DNA of 64,000 bases from Ignavibacteriota bacterium (GTDB lineage: Bacteria > Bacteroidota > Ignavibacteria > UBA10030 > UBA6906). The stretch covers positions 352,001 to 416,000 of the forward strand of contig CAWDEM010000008.1 in NCBI GenBank assembly GCA_963801355.1. The letters are read 5' to 3'. The notes beneath the pieces were generated by a model that saw nothing but the letters and a program-made list of their open reading frames with translations, was not told the DNA's origin and searched no databases. Position numbers and translations under genes: made by a program. Below are positions 1-8,881 of this stretch, one piece after another. The number at the start of each line of letters is the position of its first letter. The stretch's first letter is position 1.

Positions 1-1
1 C

Positions 2-661
2 ATTTCCCTGTATGCCCCCGTTCGCACCAGATGGGCGGCCATCAAGAGAATCGGCAAAAGAATTTTCGATGTCATCGGTTCATCACTTTGCCTCCTTCTG
101 CTGTCGCCGGTTTTTCTGCTCGTGGCCGTCGCGCTCCGACTGGAATCCCCCGGTCCGGTTTTCTTCAGACAGAAAAGGTCGCTTACTGACAGCGATGAGC
201 CGTTCGACCTGCTGAAATTCAGGAGCATGTACCAGGATGCAGACGAGCAGAAGGAATCCCTGTTCGACAACAATGACGCGGACGGCGCATTGTTCAAGAT
301 GAAGGACGACCCCCGCGTCACCCGGGTGGGGCGCTTCATCCGCCGCTTCAGCATAGACGAATTGCCGCAACTCATCAATGTACTCCAAGGCCACATGAGC
401 CTCGTCGGTCCGCGTCCACTGCCGATCTCTGATTTTCAGCGGGTGAAGGCTGAGGACGAAATCGGCGGGTACTTCCGTCAGCGCGCCCAGGTGAAACCGG
501 GCATGACAGGACTCTGGCAGGTCTCAGGCCGGAGCGACCTCGGGTTCCGCGAAATGATCCTCCTCGATCTGTACTACATTGAACACCAATCCATCCTTTT
601 CGACTTTGAAATCCTCGCACAAACTCTCCCCGTCGTTGTCCTCGGGAAAGGCGCGTACTAG
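2..661 (+). CDS. Polyprenyl-phosphate sugar phosphotransferase (WcaJ/WbaP-type Bac_transf domain), 5'-partial
   Basis: Frame is open from base 2 (ISLYAPVRTRWAAIKRIGKRIFDV...). Motifs KFRSM, DDPRVTRVGRFIRRFSIDELPQL, MSLVGPRP, KPGMTGLWQVSGRS. Confidence 0.9.
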   Translation: MSLYAPVRTRWAAIKRIGKRIFDVIGSSLCLLLLSPVFLLVAVALRLESPGPVFFRQKRSLTDSDEPFDLLKFRSMYQDADEQKESLFDNNDADGALFKMKDDPRVTRVGRFIRRFSIDELPQLINVLQGHMSLVGPRPLPISDFQRVKAEDEIGGYFRQRAQVKPGMTGLWQVSGRSDLGFREMILLDLYYIEHQSILFDFEILAQTLPVVVLGKGAY

Positions 662-744
662 CGGCTGACATCAGAAACCGGATTCTGTCCGCGATCCTTC
701 GCGGTGAAGCCGGGTATGATGAAGGCCGGTATGCCGGCCATCTT

Positions 745-773
745 TTGTATCTTTCCCTTGCATTCAGTATACT
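745..773 (+). promoter_or_regulatory. Sigma70-like promoter of ugd operon
   Basis: TTGTAT-17 nt-TATACT. Confidence 0.55.
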
Positions 774-831
774 AAACGTTCAATGAGGCTTCTTTCAATA
801 CAGTCAAGTTCCCGTATTCGAGGATATTCTC

Positions 832-2136
832 ATGAAAATCAGCGTGATAGGCACCGGTTATGTCGGCCTCGTTGTCGGCACATGCTTCGCCGAAAGCGGC
901 AATGACGTGATTTGTGTTGACGTGGACGAGCAGAAACTGAAGGTGTTGAAGAAGGGGGAGAGCCCCATTTTTGAGCCGGGTCTGACCGATCTTCTCAAGA
1001 AGAACCTCGAGGAGAAGCGGCTCGTGTTCACGAACGACCTGGAATCCGCAGTCAAGAAAACTGATGTAATATTTCTTGCACTCCCGACTCCTCAGTCCGA
1101 GGATGGTTCAGCCGATCTCCAGCACGTCCTCGCGGTCTCGAAGAAAATCGGCAAGTACATGAATGGGTACAAGGTGATCGTGAACAAGAGCACGGTGCCT
1201 GTGGGTACAGGTGACCGGGTCAAGGAAATTGTCGCGAACGAAACGAAACTCCCGTTCGACATTATCTCGAATCCGGAGTTCCTGAAAGAAGGGGCGGCGG
1301 TCAACGACTTCATGAAGCCGGACCGTGTGGTGATCGGGGGCGACAGCCCCAAAGCACTGGCAATCATGGCGGATTTGTATTCACCGTTCGTGCGCACCGG
1401 CAATCCGCTCATCGTCATGGACATGCACAGTTCGGAGCTTACCAAGTATGCTGCAAATGCTTTTCTTGCGACGAAGGTGACATTCATGAACGAAGTCGCC
1501 AACCTGTGCGAACGGCTAGGCGCGGATGTGGACATGGTGCGGAAGGGGATGGGCACGGACGTGCGGATTGGATCACAGTTCCTCTTCGCCGGTGCAGGAT
1601 ACGGCGGATCATGTTTTCCCAAGGACGTTTCCGCCCTCCTGAACACTTCCCGCACCTATGACTGTGAACTCAGCATCCTCAATGCGGTGGAGGATGCAAA
1701 CCGCCGTCAGAAAATGGTCCTGGTGAACAAGATGAGGAAGCATTTCGGGGATGCGCTCAAGAACAAGACCGTGACGCTCTGGGGACTCGCGTTTAAACCA
1801 AATACGGACGACATGCGCGAGGCACCGTCACTCACCATAATAGAAGCACTGCAACGCGAAGGGGTCAAGATCCGTGCATACGATCCGGAAGCGATGGAGG
1901 AAGCCGAACGCCGCCTCGGGAAATCGGTAAAGTACTTCGAGAACTACTACGACGCGCTGAAGGGTGCGGATGCACTCGTCGTCATCACCGAATGGAACGA
2001 GTTCCGCCGGCCGGATTTTGACCGGATGAAGTCCCTTCTGAAGGAGCCGGTCGTCTTTGACGGACGCAATATCTACGATCCGAAGGTGATGAAGGAGAAG
2101 GGATTTGTGTACTACGGGATCGGAAGAGGAAAATAA
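832..2136 (+). CDS. ugd: UDP-glucose 6-dehydrogenase
   Basis: GTGYVG Rossmann motif, NKSTVPVGT, SNPEFLKEG, GYGGSCFPKD, AFKPNTDDMRE. Confidence 0.95.
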   Translation: MKISVIGTGYVGLVVGTCFAESGNDVICVDVDEQKLKVLKKGESPIFEPGLTDLLKKNLEEKRLVFTNDLESAVKKTDVIFLALPTPQSEDGSADLQHVLAVSKKIGKYMNGYKVIVNKSTVPVGTGDRVKEIVANETKLPFDIISNPEFLKEGAAVNDFMKPDRVVIGGDSPKALAIMADLYSPFVRTGNPLIVMDMHSSELTKYAANAFLATKVTFMNEVANLCERLGADVDMVRKGMGTDVRIGSQFLFAGAGYGGSCFPKDVSALLNTSRTYDCELSILNAVEDANRRQKMVLVNKMRKHFGDALKNKTVTLWGLAFKPNTDDMREAPSLTIIEALQREGVKIRAYDPEAMEEAERRLGKSVKYFENYYDALKGADALVVITEWNEFRRPDFDRMKSLLKEPVVFDGRNIYDPKVMKEKGFVYYGIGRGK

Positions 2137-2171
2137 CAATTGACGATAGTCGATTGACCATTGAGAATTGT
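2137..2171. repeat. Five degenerate tandem heptamers
   Basis: CAATTGA CGATAGT CGATTGA CCATTGA GAATTGT. Confidence 0.55.
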
Positions 2172-2185
2172 CGGGTGAAAACGCC

Positions 2186-3145
2186 ATGGGACAGTTGTTC
2201 GACAAATATGCGGTGGTGACGGGCGGTGCGGGATTTCTGGGCTCGCATTTGTGCGATCGACTCCTCTCTGAAGGCGCACACGTAATCGCCATCGACAACC
2301 TTGTGACCGGGGACATGCGGAATATCGCCCACCTGATCGGGAACGATCACTTCCGTTTCGTGAAACATGATGTCACGGAATACATCTATGTCGACAGCCC
2401 GGTGGACTATATTCTCCATTTTGCTTCGCCCGCGAGCCCGATTGACTATCTGAAGCTCCCCATACAGACGTTGAAGGTCGGATCCCTCGGGACTCACAAA
2501 GCGCTCGGGCTTGCCAAGCACAAAGTTGCACGGTTCCTATTGGCATCCACGTCCGAAATCTATGGCGATCCGTTGGTCCATCCCCAGCCCGAATCGTACT
2601 GGGGAAACGTCAATCCGGTCGGCCTCCGGGGTGTCTATGACGAGGCGAAAAGATTCGCCGAGGCAATGACCATGGCGTACCACCGGTATCACGGCTTGCA
2701 GACGCGTATTGTCAGAATATTCAACACCTACGGCCCACGCATGCGCATCAATGACGGGCGCGCCATACCCTCGTTCATTTCGCAGGCCCTGCGCGGAGAC
2801 GATGTGACGGTCTTTGGAGCAGGCAAACAGACTCGCAGCGTGTGCTACGTCGATGACCTGATCGAAGGGATCTACCGTTTGCTGCTCTCGGATGTGACTG
2901 AACCGGTCAATATCGGAAATCCCTCTGAGATCACGATGCTGGAACTCGCAAAAGAGATCATCCAACTGACAGGCAGCAAGAGCAAGATTGTCTTCAAACA
3001 TCTTCCCGAAGATGATCCGAAAGTGCGCCGGCCCGATGCCTCTCGTGCAAAAAAGCTGCTCCACTGGGAAGCACAGGTCGACCGCAAGGAAGGCCTCAAG
3101 AAAACCATCGAGTACTTCCGCGTGGCGATGGGGTTGGAGAAATAG
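2186..3145 (+). CDS. UDP-glucuronate decarboxylase (UDP-xylose synthase family)
   Basis: [59 protein letters not shown]; ATG at 2186. Confidence 0.9.
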   Translation: MGQLFDKYAVVTGGAGFLGSHLCDRLLSEGAHVIAIDNLVTGDMRNIAHLIGNDHFRFVKHDVTEYIYVDSPVDYILHFASPASPIDYLKLPIQTLKVGSLGTHKALGLAKHKVARFLLASTSEIYGDPLVHPQPESYWGNVNPVGLRGVYDEAKRFAEAMTMAYHRYHGLQTRIVRIFNTYGPRMRINDGRAIPSFISQALRGDDVTVFGAGKQTRSVCYVDDLIEGIYRLLLSDVTEPVNIGNPSEITMLELAKEIIQLTGSKSKIVFKHLPEDDPKVRRPDASRAKKLLHWEAQVDRKEGLKKTIEYFRVAMGLEK

Positions 3146-3147
3146 GA

Positions 3148-4017
3148 ATGAGATTGGTCAAGGCAAGGGCAGCGCTCGCCGTCGCCATGCTGTTGAGCAT
3201 GTCAACCTCTCTGTCGCCTGCGCAGGATACCATCCCACCATATGACGGATATCAGCGCGGACAGATCTCCTCATTGCGGCATGCGTTCGGCATCGGGATG
3301 GTGGGTGTGCTCTCTGCAGGCATCCTGGCAGATTCCTACTACACGTGGTGGAAAGACGCAGAAAAGCCCTTCTCATTTTATTCCGAAGGCTGGTTTGGCG
3401 ATGCCCATCTCGGGATGGACAAGATCGGGCATTTCTACGGCAGCCACGCGACGTTCCACCTTACCCGCGAATTCCTCCTGTATGCAGGCTCAAGCCGTGA
3501 AGCAGCGCTCTGGTGGAGCGCAGGCATCGCCGCGTTTCACAGCCTGGAAATCGAAATCGGAGACGGGTTCAGCCCCTGGGGCTTTTCGTATGAAGACCTC
3601 ACGATGGGCTTCCTCGGCATCGGATATGGGGTCCTGCAGTCGGAAGTGCCCTTCTTCCGGAATTTCGGGTTCAAGTTCAGCTACTGGTCGAATGCCATCA
3701 AGTCACCTGCCAACTTCACCAATGACTATGACGCGATGACGGTGTGGCTGGTAACGGACGTCAATAACCTGCTGCCTCCATCGCTGGACCAGTACTGGCC
3801 GAAATTTCTCCGGCTCGCCATCGGCTACGGGGTGGGGTGGGGCGTCACGCGGCGGGAATTTGCGATCGGACTGGATCTGAATATCGAATCACTCACCCCC
3901 TGCAGCGATGAGATGCTCCTGACGCAGCGGGTGCTCAACACGTTCCGGCTGCCCCTTCCCACGGTCAAGATGACAACGGGAAAGGGACCGGTGTGGTACA
4001 TGGCACACCTCAAGTGA
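3148..4017 (+). CDS. YfiM/DUF2279-like exported protein
   Basis: Signal peptide; MDKIGHFY, EIGDGFSPWGFSYED, DYDAMTVWL motifs. Confidence 0.75.
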   Translation: MRLVKARAALAVAMLLSMSTSLSPAQDTIPPYDGYQRGQISSLRHAFGIGMVGVLSAGILADSYYTWWKDAEKPFSFYSEGWFGDAHLGMDKIGHFYGSHATFHLTREFLLYAGSSREAALWWSAGIAAFHSLEIEIGDGFSPWGFSYEDLTMGFLGIGYGVLQSEVPFFRNFGFKFSYWSNAIKSPANFTNDYDAMTVWLVTDVNNLLPPSLDQYWPKFLRLAIGYGVGWGVTRREFAIGLDLNIESLTPCSDEMLLTQRVLNTFRLPLPTVKMTTGKGPVWYMAHLK

Positions 4018-4030
4018 ACTCAGCGGTCGG

Positions 4031-4870
4031 CTACCAGAACTCCACAGCGAATCCTGCGCCTGCAAACTCCTTCCGTTCGTTATAGTACTCGCAGAAGTTG
4101 TCCAAGCCATTCTGGTACACAAGAAAGAGCCGGATGCCCCGGCCGGCGGCATTGGCAAACTTCACACCACCCTCAAGTGTATTTGAACCGATGTACGTGG
4201 GAGTGCCGAGCAGGGAAAAATGGTGCGCGAGGTATGCACGCGTTCTCCCCGGCGACTGCAGTTCCCATCCGGCCAGTGTGCTGAACTTGCGTATCTCTTT
4301 TGGCTTGATGATCGGGGCGTAACCGAAACCGGCATAGAGTCGCAGGGGAAAACCGCCTACGGATGATGAATATGCGCCGACCAGTTCACCGTAGTTGCGC
4401 GAGAAGGGGAATGGAATCTTGTCGTCACGCCATCTCATTGTCGCGTCGTTGAAGTGGCCGTCGACCAGATGCGCGCTGAGGTGGATGGCGCGCAACCGGA
4501 AACTGAAAGGCGTGTCTGTGTGATAGCTGAACCCGAGTCCGAAATAACCGTCGGCCGCATCAATCTTCAGAAGATATCCACGATAGTCGTTTGCCAGCGC
4601 GTAGACGAAGAACAGCAAGCTGCCCTGGAGGGTGGTGGTGCCCGAATGGTATTCGAACACTTGAACTGCATTGCCGACGGCAACCTTCATGGCAGAGCCG
4701 CCAATTTCCTGCTGGATGCCCATGCGGGGTTCTTCATGATTGGCCATCAACGGAGAAAAGAGCGTACGGTCGGGGAAGAATGTCCAGGCAGTCGAGTCAG
4801 CCTGGGCGGCCGCGATATGCGAAAGCGCGCCCAGCAAAACGGCAAGAAGCGGAGCAAGTCTCAGAGCCAT
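4031..4870 (-). CDS. DUF1207-like outer-membrane beta-barrel protein
   Basis: Signal peptide from ATG at 4870; FSPLMANHEEPR, HLSAHLVDG motifs; amphipathic C-terminal strand ending FAVEFW. Confidence 0.7.
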   Translation of the reverse strand: MALRLAPLLAVLLGALSHIAAAQADSTAWTFFPDRTLFSPLMANHEEPRMGIQQEIGGSAMKVAVGNAVQVFEYHSGTTTLQGSLLFFVYALANDYRGYLLKIDAADGYFGLGFSYHTDTPFSFRLRAIHLSAHLVDGHFNDATMRWRDDKIPFPFSRNYGELVGAYSSSVGGFPLRLYAGFGYAPIIKPKEIRKFSTLAGWELQSPGRTRAYLAHHFSLLGTPTYIGSNTLEGGVKFANAAGRGIRLFLVYQNGLDNFCEYYNERKEFAGAGFAVEFW

Positions 4871-4966
4871 TTCCTGTCTTTCGAGAATGAGATCAAAATA
4901 TGCAAATATTGCTCTTCTCCTCCAAATCCCGTAAGATCTAAGCATTCCCCCCTGCATTGAGGTAGA

Positions 4967-5821
4967 ATGTTCCGTTGGCCTGCGGCTGTCCTTGGCGTCG
5001 TAATACTGGCAACGAGCGTCCAGGCACAGACTGATAGCCTGTGTGCGGTGAGTCCTGTGAGGCTCGCTGTGGTGGGCGGAGTGGTGGGCGGTACGGTCGT
5101 GGCTATTCACTTCTACCAGCAAAACGCATGGTGGAAAGGTCACCGGACAAGCTTTCATGTCCGGGAGGATCTCACCTATGCAGGCAATGTTGACAAGGTC
5201 GGTCATCTCTACGCTGCATCGGCGTTCACATTCGGCCTGGGCAAGTCTCTCCGGTGGGCGGGGTTTGAGGAATCGTCGTCGATTCTCTGGGGAGCCGTCG
5301 GCTCAACATTGTTTCAAACCTACGTCGAGGTTGAAGACGGCTTCTCGGAGTACTGGGGATTCGACAGAGTCGATTTTGCCTCGAACCTGTTTGGGGCCTG
5401 GTATCCGTACCTCCAGCACCATGTCCCACTCTTGAAGAACGTACAGTTCCGGTTCAGTTATCTGCCGAAGGATGCGGGGAAGGCAAGCGCGATACCCGGT
5501 CAGACGAAGACACTGTTCGACGACTACGAAGGCCAGACTCTCTGGCTGTCGGTAACCCCCCGGACTCTTCTACCCGAGTCGTGGCAGGGGTACTGGCCGG
5601 GTTTTCTGGGACTTGCACTGGGGGTTTCGGTGCGTGACAACGCGGATCCGGAGCGTCGTCATCTTGTCTGGTACCTGGCACCCGAACTCGACATGCGGGA
5701 GATCATCCCGCAGGACACGGAGTTCCTGAGGGGGTTGGCGGAAGCACTCAATTTTTTCCACCTCCCGATGCCCGCGGTGCGCTTTTCACCGGGCGTGGTC
5801 TGGTACGGCGTCTATTTTTAG
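4967..5821 (+). CDS. YfiM/DUF2279-like exported protein (paralog of 3148..4017)
   Basis: Signal peptide; VDKVGHLY, EVEDGFSEYWGFD, DDYEGQTLWLS; ends YGVYF. Confidence 0.75.
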   Translation: MFRWPAAVLGVVILATSVQAQTDSLCAVSPVRLAVVGGVVGGTVVAIHFYQQNAWWKGHRTSFHVREDLTYAGNVDKVGHLYAASAFTFGLGKSLRWAGFEESSSILWGAVGSTLFQTYVEVEDGFSEYWGFDRVDFASNLFGAWYPYLQHHVPLLKNVQFRFSYLPKDAGKASAIPGQTKTLFDDYEGQTLWLSVTPRTLLPESWQGYWPGFLGLALGVSVRDNADPERRHLVWYLAPELDMREIIPQDTEFLRGLAEALNFFHLPMPAVRFSPGVVWYGVYF

Positions 5822-5937
5822 AGGAATTCAGCTCGAAGCTTTAGAAGAAGCAGCTCGAAGCTATTCCCGGAACCGCAATCTGATTCCGGGCGTTGTAAGT
5901 GAACGGCAGGATACGAACTTTATCCGGAGGCAGTTCG

Positions 5938-6486
5938 ATGTGTAGAAACATGCTCTTGATCTTCACGCTTACCATTCTATTCACTTCATTCTCAACATCA
6001 CAACCGGCACAACCCATGATACCCACGATTGGCAGCAAAGCACCCGACTTCACCCTTGTTGATACCGATCGCAAACCGCGCGCATTGAAAGAGTTTGCGG
6101 GCAATAAACTTATTCTTGCATTTTACCCCGGTGCATTTACAGGAGCCTGCACGAAGGAGATGTGTGCGATCCGCGATGCGCTTGCCTCATTCAACGCTAT
6201 GAAGGCTCAAGTCGTCGGTATCAGTGTCGACAGCCCGTTTGCCAACAAAGCCTTTGCAGATCAGAACAAGCTCAGTTTTCCCCTGTTGAGCGACTTCACG
6301 AGAGAAACGAGCAAGAAGTACGCTGGTGTGTACGATGGCTTCGGCGGTGTGACAGGCTATGAAGCCTCCAAGCGGGCAGTGTTCATTCTCGATGCATCGG
6401 GTGTCGTCAAATACGTCTGGGTTACCGAAGCCCCAGGCAATGAGCCACCATACGACGAGATCAAAAAAGCGCTTGAGTCGTTTTAG
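5938..6486 (+). CDS. Peroxiredoxin (BCP/AhpE-like) with N-terminal hydrophobic extension
   Basis: [39 protein letters not shown]; GGAGG 7 nt before ATG 5938. Confidence 0.85.
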   Translation: MCRNMLLIFTLTILFTSFSTSQPAQPMIPTIGSKAPDFTLVDTDRKPRALKEFAGNKLILAFYPGAFTGACTKEMCAIRDALASFNAMKAQVVGISVDSPFANKAFADQNKLSFPLLSDFTRETSKKYAGVYDGFGGVTGYEASKRAVFILDASGVVKYVWVTEAPGNEPPYDEIKKALESF

Positions 6487-6524
6487 GCCGTCGCATCAGC
6501 CCAACAATGCACGAGGAAAAAATC

Positions 6525-6992
6525 ATGGCAACGCTGAAAGCAGGTTCCAAAGCACCTGACTTCACCCTCCAGGCCGGCGACGGCAAGGAGGTAAGCCTGA
6601 AGAACCTGAAGGGGCGGAAGGCCGTGCTCTATTTTTATCCAAAGGACAATACACCCGGTTGCACGAAAGAGGCATGTACCTTCAACGAAAACCTCAAAAT
6701 CCTTGAAAAGAAGGGCACGGTTGTCATCGGCGTCAGCGCCGATAGCGTCGCATCGCACAAGAAGTTTGCTGACAAATACGGTCTCACCTTTCCGCTCCTG
6801 AGCGACGAGAAAAAGGAGATGATAAAGAAATACGGCGTCTGGAAGGAAAAAAGCCTGTACGGCAAGAAGTTCATGGGCATCGAGCGCACAACATTCGTGA
6901 TCGATGAACACGGGGTGATTGTCAAAATCTTTCCCAAAGTCAAGGTTGACGGGCACGTTGATGAAGTGCTCGAAGCCCTGACCGGGATATAA
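6525..6992 (+). CDS. bcp: Thioredoxin-dependent thiol peroxidase Bcp
   Basis: [41 protein letters not shown]. Confidence 0.93.
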   Translation: MATLKAGSKAPDFTLQAGDGKEVSLKNLKGRKAVLYFYPKDNTPGCTKEACTFNENLKILEKKGTVVIGVSADSVASHKKFADKYGLTFPLLSDEKKEMIKKYGVWKEKSLYGKKFMGIERTTFVIDEHGVIVKIFPKVKVDGHVDEVLEALTGI

Positions 6993-7032
6993 TCACAAAA
7001 CTCTTAATACAAACCCGGATCTTACAACTATC

Positions 7033-7440
7033 ATGGTCTACGTCACCCGCAAAGCACACTTCTGCGCGTCACACCGGTTGTTCAATCCGGCGTGGAACGA
7101 CGAGAAGAACTCCCGCGTCTTCGGCAAATGCAATAATCCGAACAGCCACGGGCACAACTATGACCTCGAAGTCACTGTCGCGGGGCTCCCTCCCGCCGAC
7201 ACCGGCATGGTCATCGATCTCAAGGAACTGGCAAGCATTGTGGAACGTGAAGTGGTAGATCGCGTGGACCACAAGCATCTGAATCTGGATGTGGATTTCA
7301 TGCGCGGTGTCATCCCCACGGCGGAGAACATCGCTATTGCCTTCTGGAAAATCCTGGCTCCAAAGATCAGCAACGGCCGACTCTACTCCATAAAGCTGTA
7401 CGAATCCGTCAATAACTTCGTCGAATACAGAGGGGAGTAA
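7033..7440 (+). CDS. 6-pyruvoyl-tetrahydropterin synthase family (PTPS-II-like motif)
   Basis: ASHRL, GKCNNPNSHGHNY, GMVIDL, DHKHLN, PTAENIA. Confidence 0.9.
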   Translation: MVYVTRKAHFCASHRLFNPAWNDEKNSRVFGKCNNPNSHGHNYDLEVTVAGLPPADTGMVIDLKELASIVEREVVDRVDHKHLNLDVDFMRGVIPTAENIAIAFWKILAPKISNGRLYSIKLYESVNNFVEYRGE

Positions 7441-7446
7441 CCTGCG

Positions 7447-8031
7447 ATGGATGGAGTATCGAAGCGACGCGAGCATCTTGCAGCAATCGTAGCGGATTTG
7501 CTCAAAGAGTTGGGGGAAGATCCCTCGCGTGAAGGGCTTCTCCGCACACCGCATCGTGTGGCCGAAGCCTATGAATTCCTCACCAAGGGCTATCAAGAGG
7601 ACATCAAGAAGGTCCTGAATGACGCCATCTTCACCGAGAAGTACAGCGAGATGGTGGTCGTGAAGGATATTGATTTCTTCAGCATGTGTGAGCATCACCT
7701 GCTCCCGTTCTATGGGAGGGCCCACGTTGCGTATATCCCGAATGGCAAGATCGTCGGGTTGAGCAAGGTTCCGCGGATTGTGGATGTCTTCAGCCGGCGG
7801 CTGCAGGTGCAGGAACGCCTGACCCGGCAAATAGCCGAAACGTTGTTTGAATATCTGAACCCGGAGGGCGTCGGTGTTGTTGTGGAAGCACGCCACATGT
7901 GTATGATGATGCGTGGAGTCGAAAAGCAGAACTCGGTGGCGACCACAAGTGCAATGCTCGGTGTGTTCATGGACGACATGAAAACACGCAGTGAATTCCT
8001 CCACCTGATTGAAAGTGACCTGAGCTCATGA
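7447..8031 (+). CDS. folE: GTP cyclohydrolase I
   Basis: [48 protein letters not shown]. Confidence 0.96.
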   Translation: MDGVSKRREHLAAIVADLLKELGEDPSREGLLRTPHRVAEAYEFLTKGYQEDIKKVLNDAIFTEKYSEMVVVKDIDFFSMCEHHLLPFYGRAHVAYIPNGKIVGLSKVPRIVDVFSRRLQVQERLTRQIAETLFEYLNPEGVGVVVEARHMCMMMRGVEKQNSVATTSAMLGVFMDDMKTRSEFLHLIESDLSS

Positions 8032-8732
8032 AACGCCTTGAGGGCAAAGTTGCCATTGTTTCGGGGGGGAGCCGCGGAATAGGTCTGGCGATCGTCCGGT
8101 CCCTGGCGGAGGAAGGTGCAAGTGTAACGCTGGGAGCGCGCAACGGAGATATGGTGAAACGTGCGGTGGATGATCTGCACAACGATGGGCTCGACGTAGA
8201 AGGTCTGACGGCGGATGTCGCGGTGGAGCCGGATGTGACCCGTCTTGTCCAGCATGTGGTGGATGCCCATGGCCGGGTGGATATCCTGGTGAACAACGCC
8301 GGTGTCGGTGTGTTCAAACCGGTGGTGGATCTTTCCGTGGCGGAGCTTGACACGATGTGGGGAACAAATGTGCGCGGCGTGTTCCTCCTGACAAAGGCAG
8401 TGCTGCCGCACATGATTGCTGCGAAAGGCGGCGACATCGTCAATATCGCATCGCTGGCCGGGAAAAACGCGTTCACTGGTGGAGCAGGTTACGGCGCGAC
8501 GAAGTGGGCTTTGCGAGGCTTCGCGAGTTCTCTGATGCTGGAAGTCCGTGAGCATAACATCCGGGTTGTGACAATTTTCCCCGGGTCCGTCGAGACGGGT
8601 TTTTCGGCGAGGGGAAAAAAGGGGAGCAACATTCCAAAGTCTGAAGATGTAGCGAGCGCATTGATATTTGCGGTCACTTCGCCCGGACGAGCCATGTTCA
8701 GCGAGATTGACCTCAGACCGACGAAACCCTAG
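8028..8732 (+). CDS. Short-chain dehydrogenase/reductase (candidate sepiapterin reductase)
   Basis: [17 protein letters not shown] catalytic motif; ATGA overlap with folE. Confidence 0.85.
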   Translation: MKRLEGKVAIVSGGSRGIGLAIVRSLAEEGASVTLGARNGDMVKRAVDDLHNDGLDVEGLTADVAVEPDVTRLVQHVVDAHGRVDILVNNAGVGVFKPVVDLSVAELDTMWGTNVRGVFLLTKAVLPHMIAAKGGDIVNIASLAGKNAFTGGAGYGATKWALRGFASSLMLEVREHNIRVVTIFPGSVETGFSARGKKGSNIPKSEDVASALIFAVTSPGRAMFSEIDLRPTKP

Positions 8733-8735
8733 CAG

Positions 8736-8822
8736 AATAACGCAAACAAGCCAGAAAGACGCAGAGTGACGAGCCCAAAGGCTCTCATTTTGCGTCTTTT
8801 CTTGTTATCCCTTTGCGTTATT
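8736..8822. terminator. Long imperfect inverted repeat / intrinsic terminator
   Basis: AATAACGCAAA..AAAGACGCAGAGTGA.GAGCC / GGCTC.TCATTTTGCGTCTTT..TTTGCGTTATT. Confidence 0.65.
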
Positions 8823-8881
8823 TCAGTTTATTTCATTTATTTAAAGTATACCTTCCACATCCACGGATGGAGTTATCATTG

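Noticed and set aside
7033-7440. Assigning the symbol queD
   Set aside because: The motif spacing is Cx5HGH (PTPS-II type) and no que genes are adjacent.
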